A DNA stretch of 50,207 bases from a virus (IMGVR_UViG_3300036817_000496:1-50207), one strand, 5' to 3'. Shown: positions 16,290-25,483, counted from the first letter of the stretch. A program made the numbers and translations. Notes: generated from the sequence alone by a model not told the origin.

Positions 16290-17048
16290 ATGAATCTCGA
16301 ATCATTACCTAAATTTTATTCCCCTAAATCGCCAAAACTGAATGATGTTTCTCCTGCGACGGGCGGCGAATCGCTGACGATAACCGATGTCATGGCTGCC
16401 CAGGGATTTGTTCAGGCAAAGGCCCACCTGGGATTTGATCTGTTTCTTGCCAAAATGGGTATCCAGTCACCGGATCCTGCTATCGAAGACCTCATGTGCT
16501 ACGCGATGGCACTGAACAATCCGGTGCTCAAGAAGCTGAGCGAAAAGGCCCGTCGTGAAGTGGTTTCTTGCCTGGTGAAATTTGCTTTCGCTGATTACTC
16601 CCGGTCGGCCGCAAGCAAGGCAACGTGCATGCATTGCGGCGGGGCTGGTTTGCAGAGGGTCATGAGGGATGTCGTTAAGCATCCGGGCGTTAAGGGAGTG
16701 GAAGCGACCGTTCGGGCTGAGTTGGTTGAAGAAATGTGCCAGCCATGCGAAGGGAAAGGGGTGGTAAGAACCGCCTGCCGCGGCTGCAAGGGGAAGGGTA
16801 CTGTTCTGGATGAAAAGCGCACCAAATTGCACGGCGTGCCGGTAGTGAAAATCTGTGGTCGGTGCAATGGCAATCGCTTTAGCAGGGTGCCGACTACTCT
16901 TGCGCGTGCTGTTGTTGAGAAGCTAGTGCCAGATTTATCAAACTACCAATGGTACAGCGGGTACGCTGAAGTCATTAATCAGCTGGTGACAAAATGCTGG
17001 CAGGAGGAGGCTTTTGCAGAGGCTCAATTGCGTAAGGTTACACGTTGA
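16290..17048 (+). CDS. Late-gene antiterminator Q (Zn-finger type)
   Basis: MNLESLPKFYSPKS, DYSRSAAS, repeated CxxCxGxG; precedes PR' and lysis. Confidence 0.85.
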   Translation: MNLESLPKFYSPKSPKLNDVSPATGGESLTITDVMAAQGFVQAKAHLGFDLFLAKMGIQSPDPAIEDLMCYAMALNNPVLKKLSEKARREVVSCLVKFAFADYSRSAASKATCMHCGGAGLQRVMRDVVKHPGVKGVEATVRAELVEEMCQPCEGKGVVRTACRGCKGKGTVLDEKRTKLHGVPVVKICGRCNGNRFSRVPTTLARAVVEKLVPDLSNYQWYSGYAEVINQLVTKCWQEEAFAEAQLRKVTR

Positions 17049-17080
17049 TGCCATTATTTTGAATTTTAGCGACATGATGC

Positions 17081-17109
17081 TTGCAAAGTTCGAAAAAATT
17101 GGTTAGGAT
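17081..17109 (+). promoter_or_regulatory. PR'-like late promoter
   Basis: TTGCAA ... TAGGAT just after Q, followed by a terminator. Confidence 0.55.
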
Positions 17110-17146
17110 TTTCCTAACGATGGGCATTGTATGTCAACCGTTAAAC

Positions 17147-17167
17147 AACCCGCTTCGGCGGGTTTTT
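17147..17167 (+). terminator. tR'-like terminator
   Basis: AACCCGC-ttcg-GCGGGTT-TTT. Confidence 0.8.
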
Positions 17168-17244
17168 GCGTTCCTAGACCTCCGTTTTGCGTGCGCTTGT
17201 TCTCCGCGCCACAGTGGTTCTGCTTACACGAACTAATACGGAAT

Positions 17245-19302
17245 TTAGATTATTCGTATGGAGAAATCTTCTTCATATCGCCTTATCTCTGTCAGGCGTT
17301 GTTCTTCCAGGGTTGAAGACTTGTATCTACGGCGTATCGTTCCCCTAAAGCTCATCAATTCATTGCTAAGTGGTTTGTTCTCTCTCAGTGCATCAACCAG
17401 TTTTGACAGTTTTTCGGTAAAAACAGCCTCTCTATCAGAGTGCGTTGAAAGTTTAAGACCGGCACCTTCTATCCTTTTAGCAACGTCTTCAGGCAATTCT
17501 TTAGCTTTATATTTTTTACGGATATATTTTACCCAGCTCACTAAAGGTGAATTTTTGGGAACTTTTCCGTCAATGGTGACTTCATCTCGCAATTTCCTGA
17601 TATTTTCCTCAAGGAAGTGAGATGCGGGGTCAAAATAAACACCGAGCGACTCAAGCTCATTTTTTTGGTATTCAGGAAGCGTTCCTTTTCGAAATGCCTC
17701 CCGCCTGGCTTTGAGGAAAGAGAGGAAGGGTCCGGTTGAGGCCTCCTCTACGGAATGGCCTTCAGAAAGAAATTTTTTAAGTTCGCTGATATTTGCATCG
17801 AATATTTCTTTTTTAACGTCCCAGATGAAACCAAGTGAATCCAGGATTTCTACTTTTTCAGGTGGTAATGAATTAGTTGCATAGAGGTGCCTCATGTGTC
17901 TAACCCATATACCGAAGCTACCGGATTCAGCAGTCAAAACCCTGCTATTTCCGTTGAGTTTGATAAACTCTCGCAGTTGTTCAACTCTGTCAAAAAAACT
18001 TCGATTGAACGAATCATAAATTTTAAGGTAAATGTTCGCTTCTAATTTTTTTATATCGAAAGAAGTGTCATCGGTGAACCTAAAAAAAGCAGGTAACAAC
18101 GTATTGTTTCTGCCCTCTGTGTCTGGCATATGAAGCTTAATGGCTTGATGAAGTAGTTCATCATTTTCAGAAATTGAGTTGAGTACGCTAAGTATTGTTG
18201 AATAATCACTGTGCTCTAGCGCATTCTCACCGCTAAGTACAGGAAGGATTATATAGCCGAATTCCTTTCCTGGATGCTTGCGCATGGCTCGCCCGGCACA
18301 CTGTATGATGTCAATTACCGAAGATTTGATACTGCAAAACATTACCGCATCAGTATCGGGAACATTCATTCCTTCATTAAGGCTCCGGGCATTAGTAATA
18401 ATGCATGCATCACTATTTTTATAAGTCGAGAAATTTGCTTCTCTTGTATATTTTCCCTGCTTGCTGGAAACGTGAGCTACCGGGATATCAAGCACTTCTG
18501 CAAAAACGCGAGCAGCCTTGCTGGCCTCTGCAATAGTGGCGTGATATGTGATGACCTTTTTGAGGCCGAACTGCTCCATAGCTCGCCGCAGTGACATGGC
18601 CAGGGCGTATGTTTTGTGATCTGAAGTTGAGACAGTTTTATCCCGCAGGTAATCCCTGACTTCCTTATCCGTAACGCATGCAACCAGTAACTTATAATCG
18701 CTTATTACATCATCATTGATAGCGTCGCGAATCTGATAGGAATAGGAAATATTTCCATAAAGATTAACGTTATCCATACTGAAAAATTCAGCGTCGTCAT
18801 CATTTTCATTTAAAGCGGCATGACGAGGGGTTGCCGTCATGCTAAGACGCTTCTGCACCAGAGGGTATCCATCCAGGGTCTGGTTAAACAAACTTTGAAA
18901 TTTCCCTGCCGTTCTGTGCGCTTCATCATATATTAGTAAATCAACAGGGGCTCCGACATCTGTTAATTTATCAAGTAATTCAGGGGCTGAATTATAGGTA
19001 GTTATGATGGCAGCCGAATCGGTTAATCCCGACAATATGAAGTCGATGTCAGGTCTTTCACTGTGATATTCAAATACAGAGCGTGAAGTATATGCCCTAT
19101 ATTCTGCTGCAATCTGATTAACAAGCATGATAGTTGGAGCCTGAAGGACGACCAGTTTTGCCTGAACCTTATCTGCCACCAACGCACTGGTGAAGGTTTT
19201 ACCACTTCCGCAGCACATCACTACTGTAGTTTTGTCGTTTTTACTTAGCTCCAGCGCAGCTCTCTCGGCGGCAAGCTCCTGAAAATATCGAGCAGAAAAC
19301 AT
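17245..19302 (-). CDS. SF2 DEAH helicase with C-terminal helicase-associated repeats; likely start MFSARY at 19302
   Basis: CGSGKT, APTIMLVNQ, TTYNS, DEAH, TATP, LNEGMNVP, QCAGRAMRK; repeats of the type W..hR..Y....L...h..L.SLG; GAGGT RBS overlapping the aca2 stop. Confidence 0.85.
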   Translation of the reverse strand: MFSARYFQELAAERAALELSKNDKTTVVMCCGSGKTFTSALVADKVQAKLVVLQAPTIMLVNQIAAEYRAYTSRSVFEYHSERPDIDFILSGLTDSAAIITTYNSAPELLDKLTDVGAPVDLLIYDEAHRTAGKFQSLFNQTLDGYPLVQKRLSMTATPRHAALNENDDDAEFFSMDNVNLYGNISYSYQIRDAINDDVISDYKLLVACVTDKEVRDYLRDKTVSTSDHKTYALAMSLRRAMEQFGLKKVITYHATIAEASKAARVFAEVLDIPVAHVSSKQGKYTREANFSTYKNSDACIITNARSLNEGMNVPDTDAVMFCSIKSSVIDIIQCAGRAMRKHPGKEFGYIILPVLSGENALEHSDYSTILSVLNSISENDELLHQAIKLHMPDTEGRNNTLLPAFFRFTDDTSFDIKKLEANIYLKIYDSFNRSFFDRVEQLREFIKLNGNSRVLTAESGSFGIWVRHMRHLYATNSLPPEKVEILDSLGFIWDVKKEIFDANISELKKFLSEGHSVEEASTGPFLSFLKARREAFRKGTLPEYQKNELESLGVYFDPASHFLEENIRKLRDEVTIDGKVPKNSPLVSWVKYIRKKYKAKELPEDVAKRIEGAGLKLSTHSDREAVFTEKLSKLVDALRENKPLSNELMSFRGTIRRRYKSSTLEEQRLTEIRRYEEDFSIRII

Positions 19303-19312
19303 AAGTATTACC

Positions 19313-19666
19313 TCAAATAATCCGAGCAAAACCTGCTGACAGGCATTCACCAGCGACGGAATTGGTGATTTTCCACATGACCACGTTGCGCTTACCGGTG
19401 GCCTGCTCGAAGTCGTCAACAGTCATATGGAAGTCAAGCTCGATAATATCCCCGGCCTGCTGAAACTCTGTGTATCGCTGCTCAACAAGGGCGTCACGGA
19501 TGGCGGAAAAATCAGAGATTTTATTGGCCACATCGTCAGGAATCGGAGAGCGCCCGGACTCCCAATATTGCCAGGTCCGTGTGGAAACATTGCCAATGTG
19601 TTCGGCGGCTTCGCTGCATTCCAGAGCAAGGATCTGGCGCAGCGCTTTGAGTTCTTTATTTGTCAT
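19313..19666 (-). CDS. aca2: Anti-CRISPR-associated HTH repressor Aca2 (DUF1870/YdiL family)
   Basis: MTNKELKALRQILALECSEAAEHIGNVSTRTWQYWESGRSPIPDDV closely matches the recalled Aca2 N-terminus; downstream of acr gene. Confidence 0.9.
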   Translation of the reverse strand: MTNKELKALRQILALECSEAAEHIGNVSTRTWQYWESGRSPIPDDVANKISDFSAIRDALVEQRYTEFQQAGDIIELDFHMTVDDFEQATGKRNVVMWKITNSVAGECLSAGFARII

Positions 19667-19708
19667 GTGCAGGAACCTGTAAAGAGGCCGCAAGCGCGGC
19701 CATTTTTG

Positions 19709-19909
19709 TTAAGCGTCAGACCATTTCTTGTCTGATTTGAGGGAAACCAGTACGCCTGATTCGGTCTCGATTTTCAGCGTAGTGCCATGAAAGGCCTGGT
19801 TACGACTTGCGAAGCGTTTTGCCTGAGTCAGCGTGCCGGTGAAAGAAGTGCCTTCACGGTCAGAATTAACGTTTTGAGTTTCTTTGATGATGAAAGTTGA
19901 AGTAGTCAT
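19709..19909 (-). CDS. acrIF9: Anti-CRISPR protein, AcrIF9 family
   Basis: IIKETQNVNSDREG...LTQAKRFASRNQAFHGTTLKIE resembles recalled AcrIF9 (IIKEVQNINSEREG...LSQAKRIASKEQCFHGT); adjacent aca2. Confidence 0.88.
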   Translation of the reverse strand: MTTSTFIIKETQNVNSDREGTSFTGTLTQAKRFASRNQAFHGTTLKIETESGVLVSLKSDKKWSDA

Positions 19910-19930
19910 GATTATTTCCTCTTTAGGTTC

Positions 19931-19989
19931 GCTTCGAGCCGTCTCGCAAGCTATGAATAGATTTTAGTTCGCGAACGCGAACAAGTAAA
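19931..19989 (-). promoter_or_regulatory. acr-aca promoter with Aca2 operator and 5'-UTR hairpin
   Basis: TTTACT -17 bp- TAAAAT enclosing GTTCGC-N4-GCGAAC (19967-19982); mRNA hairpin GCTT(G)CGAG-ACGG-CTCG-AAGC (19931-19951). Confidence 0.8.
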
Positions 19990-20079
19990 GAGTTTTAATT
20001 CACAAAACTATGCGGCTGCCATCGGCGGCCTTTTTTCATTCCCCTCATTTGAGAGGATGCACAGCAAAGAGGGGGCTTA

Positions 20080-20481
20080 ATGTCCGAACCATTAACAACG
20101 GCAATCGCTGGTGGGGTAGCCGCAGGATCCGCAGGTATCACGTTTGCTTCAATGTTTCCCGAAGCCACCCCGGCGGTGATGATTTGCGCGCTGGCCGGTG
20201 CCGCGCTTTATGTGCTTAACGCCGAGGACCATAAATTATGGAAGCAGGTAGTTTTTGCGCTGATTTCGTTTGTTGGCGGTGTGTATTGCTCAGGAATGGC
20301 TTCCGAAATTATCGCCGCTGTTATTAACGCAGGGTTAAGCCATCTCAGCCCGCCGGTGCAGATTAAAGTCACGCCGGCAATCGGCGCACTGGCGGCCTCC
20401 ACAATTTCCGTCACCATTCTGTTGCGTGTCCTCTCCCGTTCGCGCAGCGGCAGTCTACCCGGGCTGAAGGAGGAAAAATGA
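20080..20481 (+). CDS. Putative holin
   Basis: MSEPLT start, several hydrophobic helices, first gene of lysis cassette. Confidence 0.75.
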   Translation: MSEPLTTAIAGGVAAGSAGITFASMFPEATPAVMICALAGAALYVLNAEDHKLWKQVVFALISFVGGVYCSGMASEIIAAVINAGLSHLSPPVQIKVTPAIGALAASTISVTILLRVLSRSRSGSLPGLKEEK

Positions 20482-20759
20482 CATGGCAAACACTCCTGAT
20501 TAACGTCAACGCCATTGCCTGCATTCTGATTTGTATCCGTTTGCTGTTCTTCCGTAAGCATGGCGCGCGGCATCGTCCGGGCATGGCCTGGCTTGCCTAC
20601 GGTTTGATCCTCGGCTCGGCATGGACCGCGTTTCGAATCTGGCACGGCGTTTATGTGCAGGTCGATTATGGCGAGCTAATCATGAATATTTTCGTCTGCG
20701 TCATCATCTGGCGTGCCCGTGGCAATGTAGCGAAAGTGACGGGCGAAACAGTGGTGTAG
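20478..20759 (+). CDS. Second holin-family membrane protein
   Basis: Three hydrophobic segments, RLLFFRKHGARHR and ARGNVAK motifs. Confidence 0.75.
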   Translation: MTWQTLLINVNAIACILICIRLLFFRKHGARHRPGMAWLAYGLILGSAWTAFRIWHGVYVQVDYGELIMNIFVCVIIWRARGNVAKVTGETVV

Positions 20760-20781
20760 AGAGTTAATTCCGGAAAATAAT

Positions 20782-21396
20782 ATGAACCAACAACAATTTC
20801 AAATGGCGGCTGGCATCAGCGCCGGGTTAGCTGCGCGCTGGTTTCAGCCGGTAGATGCGGCTATGAAAGAATTTGGCATTACAGCACCGGCTGACCATGC
20901 GATGTTTATCGCACAGGTTGGGCATGAGTCGGGAGGCTTTACCGCAGTAGCGGAGAATCTGAACTATACCCCGGCGGCATTGGTGTCCACGTTCGGCAAA
21001 CGCATAACTCAGCAGCAGGCCGACGCGCTCGGCAGAACAACCGAACACGCAGCCCGCCAGGATGCTATCGCCAATTTGGTGTATAGCAACCGCCTGGGCA
21101 ACAAAGCGCCCGGCGACGGCTGGAAATATCGCGGCAGAGGGTTAATTCAAATCACTGGCCTCGACAATTATCGCACCTGCGGGGCGGCGCTGAAGTTAGA
21201 CCTCGTTACTTCACCTGAGCAGCTCGAACAGGAACTTCAGGCAGCACGCTCAGCCGCCTGGTTCTACACGTCAAAAGGTTGTATGGCTTATGGCGCTGAT
21301 GTAAATCGAGTGACGCGCATTATCAACGGCGGACTCAATGGCATCGACGACCGCAAGCTACGCTACAACAAAGCGCGTGCGGCGCTGCTGGTATGA
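20782..21396 (+). CDS. Endolysin, glycoside hydrolase family 19
   Basis: FIAQVGHESGG, ENLNY, YRGRGLIQITG..NY, TRIINGG. Confidence 0.9.
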   Translation: MNQQQFQMAAGISAGLAARWFQPVDAAMKEFGITAPADHAMFIAQVGHESGGFTAVAENLNYTPAALVSTFGKRITQQQADALGRTTEHAARQDAIANLVYSNRLGNKAPGDGWKYRGRGLIQITGLDNYRTCGAALKLDLVTSPEQLEQELQAARSAAWFYTSKGCMAYGADVNRVTRIINGGLNGIDDRKLRYNKARAALLV

Positions 21397-21842
21397 CGTT
21401 CTTCAACTGGAAAACCTTCGCTGTTGGCATGCTGATTGTGATGATGGTAATGACTGCAAAAATCGCTTCACACGAAAAGAAGCGCGCCGAAGCAGCCGAG
21501 TTTAATCTAGCGCAAGCCACCAGCACCATTGCTGATTTAACTACCCGGCAACGCGACGTTGCGGCGCTCGATGCTAAATACACCGGAGAACTACAAATTG
21601 CCCATGCAACTATTGAAGGGTTGCAGCGCGATGTTGCTGCTGGCGATAAGCGGCTGCACATCAACGCAACTTGCAAGCCAGTGTCCAAACCCACCAGCGC
21701 CGCCGGCGTGGATGATGCAACCGGCCCCGGACTTACTGACGCCGCTGAACGGAATTATTTCGATCTCCGGCAGCGAATCGAAACCAGTAGCAAAATGATT
21801 GCTGGCTTGCAGGGCTACATCAGGCAGCAGTGCATGAATTAG
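21393..21842 (+). CDS. Rz inner-membrane spanin
   Basis: N-terminal TM; RQRDVAALDAKYT.EL, RLHINATC, LQGYIRQQC. Confidence 0.9.
   Translation: MTFFNWKTFAVGMLIVMMVMTAKIASHEKKRAEAAEFNLAQATSTIADLTTRQRDVAALDAKYTGELQIAHATIEGLQRDVAAGDKRLHINATCKPVSKPTSAAGVDDATGPGLTDAAERNYFDLRQRIETSSKMIAGLQGYIRQQCMN
21559..21798 (+). CDS. Rz1 outer-membrane lipoprotein spanin nested in Rz (true start may be 21571 or 21604)
   Basis: Alternative frame inside Rz, lipobox AISGC, Pro-rich CPNPPAPPAWMMQP. Confidence 0.85.
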   Translation: MRRSMLNTPENYKLPMQLLKGCSAMLLLAISGCTSTQLASQCPNPPAPPAWMMQPAPDLLTPLNGIISISGSESKPVAK

Positions 21843-21942
21843 AGCAAAATCAAATTTTTTATTGTTTTCATCCATAAAAGTTAAAATGTCAATAGCCTAA
21901 CATCTTGGTTAGTAGTAACTTAATTGACATTAATTGCGTGAT

Positions 21943-22725
21943 ATGAGAACTGAAATGGAATCTCGAGGAAGTTATCAGGTTAAGCCAATTTCAGAGATTG
22001 GAAGTGGTACATTTGGTCGTGTAGAGAAAATTGAGCTTTATAATACAAACGGTCATTTTTGTGGTGAGTTTGCCCGGAAGATCCTTTCCGTTAACAAAGT
22101 TATTGTTGGCTCTATCTTTAGCCCAGATGATTGGAGAAGAAGATTTGAACGAGAAGTAACCTACCAGTCAAAATGTCGTCATTCCAACGTTGTGCCAGTA
22201 CTCATACATAACCTTCATGTAAATCACCCATGGTTTGTAATGCCTTTGGCAGATACTGATCTACTTAAGGAACTCGATAATGATTTACTAGATGATGATC
22301 AAAAGCTTAACGTTATAAAGATGACATTATCAGGTGTTGAGTTCATTCATAGTAAAGGCTATTTACATCGCGACTTAAAGCCGGAGAATATTCTTAAGTT
22401 TTCTGACGGAAATTATAAAGTCTCTGATTTTGGTTTAGTTAGGCACGATGACCCGAACGCAGCATCGGCCGTTTTGACAAATATTGCGGTCAGCATGGGA
22501 ACAGATGGCTATAAAGCCCCAGAAGTTAATAGTGGACTCTACAGCCCAAAAACCGACATATATGCTGCCGGTGCCATAGTGAACAAATTAAATTTAAGCC
22601 ATATTGATGGTATTGATGCCATCATTGGTAAGGCGACGGCGTATAAACCGAGTGCGAGATATGATTCAATTAGCGCAATGCTTGTCGATCTCGAATCAAT
22701 TATTAAAGGGAGGCGAGCATGGTAA
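21943..22725 (+). CDS. Hanks-type Ser/Thr protein kinase (start 21943 or 21955)
   Basis: IGSGTFGRV, FARK, REV, HRDLKPENIL, DFG, GT..Y.APE, DIYAAG all intact. Confidence 0.92.
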   Translation: MRTEMESRGSYQVKPISEIGSGTFGRVEKIELYNTNGHFCGEFARKILSVNKVIVGSIFSPDDWRRRFEREVTYQSKCRHSNVVPVLIHNLHVNHPWFVMPLADTDLLKELDNDLLDDDQKLNVIKMTLSGVEFIHSKGYLHRDLKPENILKFSDGNYKVSDFGLVRHDDPNAASAVLTNIAVSMGTDGYKAPEVNSGLYSPKTDIYAAGAIVNKLNLSHIDGIDAIIGKATAYKPSARYDSISAMLVDLESIIKGRRAW

Positions 22726-23459
22726 ATCTTCTTAATTGTGGCTTTTTCTCGTATCCAAAAAACGAAGAGAAAGGTAACCAGGATTCCTATGTCTTGCCTG
22801 CTTCTGTTGGGAAAGGTTTCGTTTTTGCCGTGGCTGATGGTGTAGGTTCATATGACGGTGCAAAAGAGGCGGCAGATTTAGCTACTTCGCTTATAAGCAG
22901 CAATGACACCTTACAATTTAAAGATATTGAGACAACCTTGGCATTGATAAAGGACAAGGTTGATGAAATGGCTGAATCTCGGCAGGATTGGATAAATGCG
23001 GCAACGACTTTGTCCTATTGTTTCATAGATGATGAGGCTCTTTATATTGGTCATGTTGGTGACACTCGAGTTTATGTCAAAAAAGGTAATAAGCTATTAT
23101 TGGTGACTAAAGATCATACACAACACCAAGAGCTTCTTGATGATGGTATTTACACTAAGCGTGAGTTAAGGGACTTACCTGGGAAAAGTACGCTTACAGC
23201 GGCAATTTCAAGAAGCATAGCACTCCGTTTTCAAAGCATTAGATTGCCCCTTAATGAGATTGTTGATGAAAATGGGCTACTTACCATATACATCATGTCT
23301 GATGGTGCGCACCATTTTTGGGAAAAAAGGCCGAGATTTTCTAATGAGACGTTGATGAAATCGCCTCGATTTGCTGCAAGCCTTTTAAGGCGGATAGAGA
23401 AAACTGGACCAATAGATGATCATACTTTGATTGCTGCTTCGTTTCTCATAACAAGTTAG
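22719..23459 (+). CDS. PP2C/PPM-family protein phosphatase
   Basis: NQDSY, VADGVG, HVGDTR, DHT, MSDG, DDHT; overlaps kinase stop with GGAGG RBS. Confidence 0.92.
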   Translation: MVNLLNCGFFSYPKNEEKGNQDSYVLPASVGKGFVFAVADGVGSYDGAKEAADLATSLISSNDTLQFKDIETTLALIKDKVDEMAESRQDWINAATTLSYCFIDDEALYIGHVGDTRVYVKKGNKLLLVTKDHTQHQELLDDGIYTKRELRDLPGKSTLTAAISRSIALRFQSIRLPLNEIVDENGLLTIYIMSDGAHHFWEKRPRFSNETLMKSPRFAASLLRRIEKTGPIDDHTLIAASFLITS

Positions 23460-23465
23460 TGTCTA

Positions 23466-23525
23466 AGCCGCCTTCGGGCGGTTTTTTTGTTTTCAAGCCG
23501 CTGGCACCTGCTGGTGGCTTTTTTA
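23466..23525 (+). terminator. Two tandem intrinsic terminators after kinase-phosphatase cassette
   Basis: CCGCC-ttcg-GGCGG plus T-tract; AGCCGCTGGC-acct-GCTGGTGGCT plus T-tract. Confidence 0.75.
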
Positions 23526-23536
23526 TTGGAGCTTCT

Positions 23537-24994
23537 ATGCAGGTCACTATCGACGGTGTCCCGTATGCGCCTGTCTGCCAACAAGTGGCCCGCATCGGAA
23601 TAGCGATTACGACTCACAACCGCGCTGACGTTCTGGCCCGTGCCATTGCTCAACACCAACAATATTTACCGCCCGGCGCGCTGGTGGTCGTTATCGACGA
23701 TGGATCATCGCCTGCGGCTGTAATGCCTGACGGTGTGCAGTTCATTCGGCATGATAAATCGCTGGGCATTGTTGCTTCCAAAAACCGAAGCCTCGAAGCG
23801 CTGGTGGATGCCGGTTGCGAGCACCTTTTCTTGTGGGACGATGATGCCTGGCCGATAGCACCGGGCTGGCACCTGCCTTATATCGAATCACCTGAGCCCC
23901 ACCTTGCCTACCAGTTTCTGGACCTGGCCGGGACGAGAAAGCTTAAGGATATGGCAGTGCTGTATCGCGACGAACGCCACGTTGCCTACACGGGCCAGCG
24001 CGGCGTGATGCTGTATTACCACCGCAGCGCTATCGAGAAGGTTGGCGGTTTCGACCCGATCTACGGTCGCGGCATGTACGAGCATCCCGATCTGGCCCTG
24101 CGCATTCATAACGCAGGATTAAGTACCTGGGCATTCGCAGACGTGGCCGGTTCGGAAAAGCTGATTTACTCACTGGATGAGCATGAAGAGGTTACTCGCT
24201 CGGTACCCCGACCAGACCGGGAAGCGCTGGTGAAACGCAATGTTGGTATCTTCAACGCTCGACGCGACAGCAGTTATACAGGATTTGCTCCATTCAGACA
24301 CGGGCGTGACATAGTGATCACCACGCTGCTGACCAGCCAGCCAGACCCCCAGCGCCAGACGAAGATGGCCGCTGATTCTGGTCTGCTGCATTCGTGGGCA
24401 TCATCTATTCGTGGAGCTGCTGCTGTGGTGCTGGCCGATGAGCTAACCGCACCACCAGTTGGCGCAAGTCTGGTTAATGTGCCGTCTCTGGACATGAGTC
24501 CTTACTTTGCGCGCTGGCTGCACATATACCAGCATCTGCGTTTTCATCCGGAGTACCGAAACGTCTGGTGCACCGACGGTACAGACGTTGAGATGCTGCG
24601 CGAGCCGTGGGCAGAGATGGAGTCTGGAAAGATTTACGTTGGCTCTGAGCATAAAACTTATGCTGATGAATGGATGAAGGCCAACCACCACGGCAAAGCA
24701 TACAGCGAGTTCTTCCAGCAGCACCGCGATGAGCAGCTACTTAATGCCGGGCTACTGGGCGGCAGCCGGGCCGATGTGATGGAATTTGCCCACCGCATTA
24801 TTCGCCTGCACTACCGCATCGAGAGCCAGCGCTTCTGGAAGATGGAGGCGGCCCCGGCCACGCTCGTAGACATGGGCGCGTTTGGTATTTCTGCTAAGTT
24901 TTTTGGCGATCGGGTAGTTACCGGGCCAAAGGTCCACACCATTTTTAAAACTGACGGCATCGGCAAAGAACATGCCTGGTGGCGGCATAAATAA
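23537..24994 (+). CDS. Two-domain glycosyltransferase (N-terminal GT2 plus second GT-A-like domain)
   Basis: IAITTHNR, VVIDDGS, FLWDDD, VGGFD..Y...EHPD in first half; VWCTDGTDV and LLNAGLLGG in second half; GGAG RBS before ATG 23537. Confidence 0.85.
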   Translation: MQVTIDGVPYAPVCQQVARIGIAITTHNRADVLARAIAQHQQYLPPGALVVVIDDGSSPAAVMPDGVQFIRHDKSLGIVASKNRSLEALVDAGCEHLFLWDDDAWPIAPGWHLPYIESPEPHLAYQFLDLAGTRKLKDMAVLYRDERHVAYTGQRGVMLYYHRSAIEKVGGFDPIYGRGMYEHPDLALRIHNAGLSTWAFADVAGSEKLIYSLDEHEEVTRSVPRPDREALVKRNVGIFNARRDSSYTGFAPFRHGRDIVITTLLTSQPDPQRQTKMAADSGLLHSWASSIRGAAAVVLADELTAPPVGASLVNVPSLDMSPYFARWLHIYQHLRFHPEYRNVWCTDGTDVEMLREPWAEMESGKIYVGSEHKTYADEWMKANHHGKAYSEFFQQHRDEQLLNAGLLGGSRADVMEFAHRIIRLHYRIESQRFWKMEAAPATLVDMGAFGISAKFFGDRVVTGPKVHTIFKTDGIGKEHAWWRHK

Positions 24995-25006
24995 TGAGAG
25001 GCTTAA

Positions 25007-25168
25007 ATGACGTTAAAGCAACGAGTTGAGGTAATAGAAAAAAAGCTTATTCAGCAACAACGTGAAATTACCGATTTAATGAATATTAAAGAAACAGGTA
25101 GTGAACAAATGAGAACGGCCATGTCCCAGGCCGTTAACGAATGGTTATTATCTATTGGTAAGAGCTAA
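25007..25168 (+). CDS. Small coiled-coil protein (53 aa, MTLKQRVEVIEKKL...), not in ORF track
   Basis: GAGG RBS, ATG 25007, TAA 25166-25168. Confidence 0.5.
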   Translation: MTLKQRVEVIEKKLIQQQREITDLMNIKETGSEQMRTAMSQAVNEWLLSIGKS

Positions 25169-25357
25169 CGCTTGCTCCATTATTTGGATTATTTCAGGGC
25201 TTTTGTCCTTCCAGCGATCAATTTCAATATTGGTAAGTTCATTGATATTTTCTTTAACCTCAGAAGATTGTCCTGAAACGAGCAGGCGTACCATGTACTC
25301 CAATGCATTTACCCGAAGTTGCAGATCCTGAATTACATCGTCTTTATCGTAAGGCAT
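25148..25357 (-). CDS. Small acidic protein (69 aa), moron opposite to late transcription
   Basis: AAGGA RBS, AT-rich, structured upstream leader. Confidence 0.65.
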   Translation of the reverse strand: MPYDKDDVIQDLQLRVNALEYMVRLLVSGQSSEVKENINELTNIEIDRWKDKSPEIIQIMEQALALTNR

Positions 25358-25483
25358 AACATTCCTTTATCTGAGGTAATCAGCCATCCCTCATTGCTGT
25401 GTGCATCCATGCTGACACATGGACGGGCTGAACCCACATAGTACCCAGGGATTAGGCTTAGTAACACTCTGATGCTTAAACAC

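Noticed and set aside
19667-19708. Solitary CRISPR repeat (RNA anti-CRISPR) between acr and aca2
   Set aside because: The GGCCGC/GCGGCC hairpin does not match type I-E or I-F repeat consensus.
20055-25410. Similarity between holin leader GGATGCACAGCAAAGAGGG (20055) and the reverse strand at 25388-25408
   Set aside because: Short, gapped and 5 kb apart; could be chance or shared RBS-leader ancestry, with no further support.
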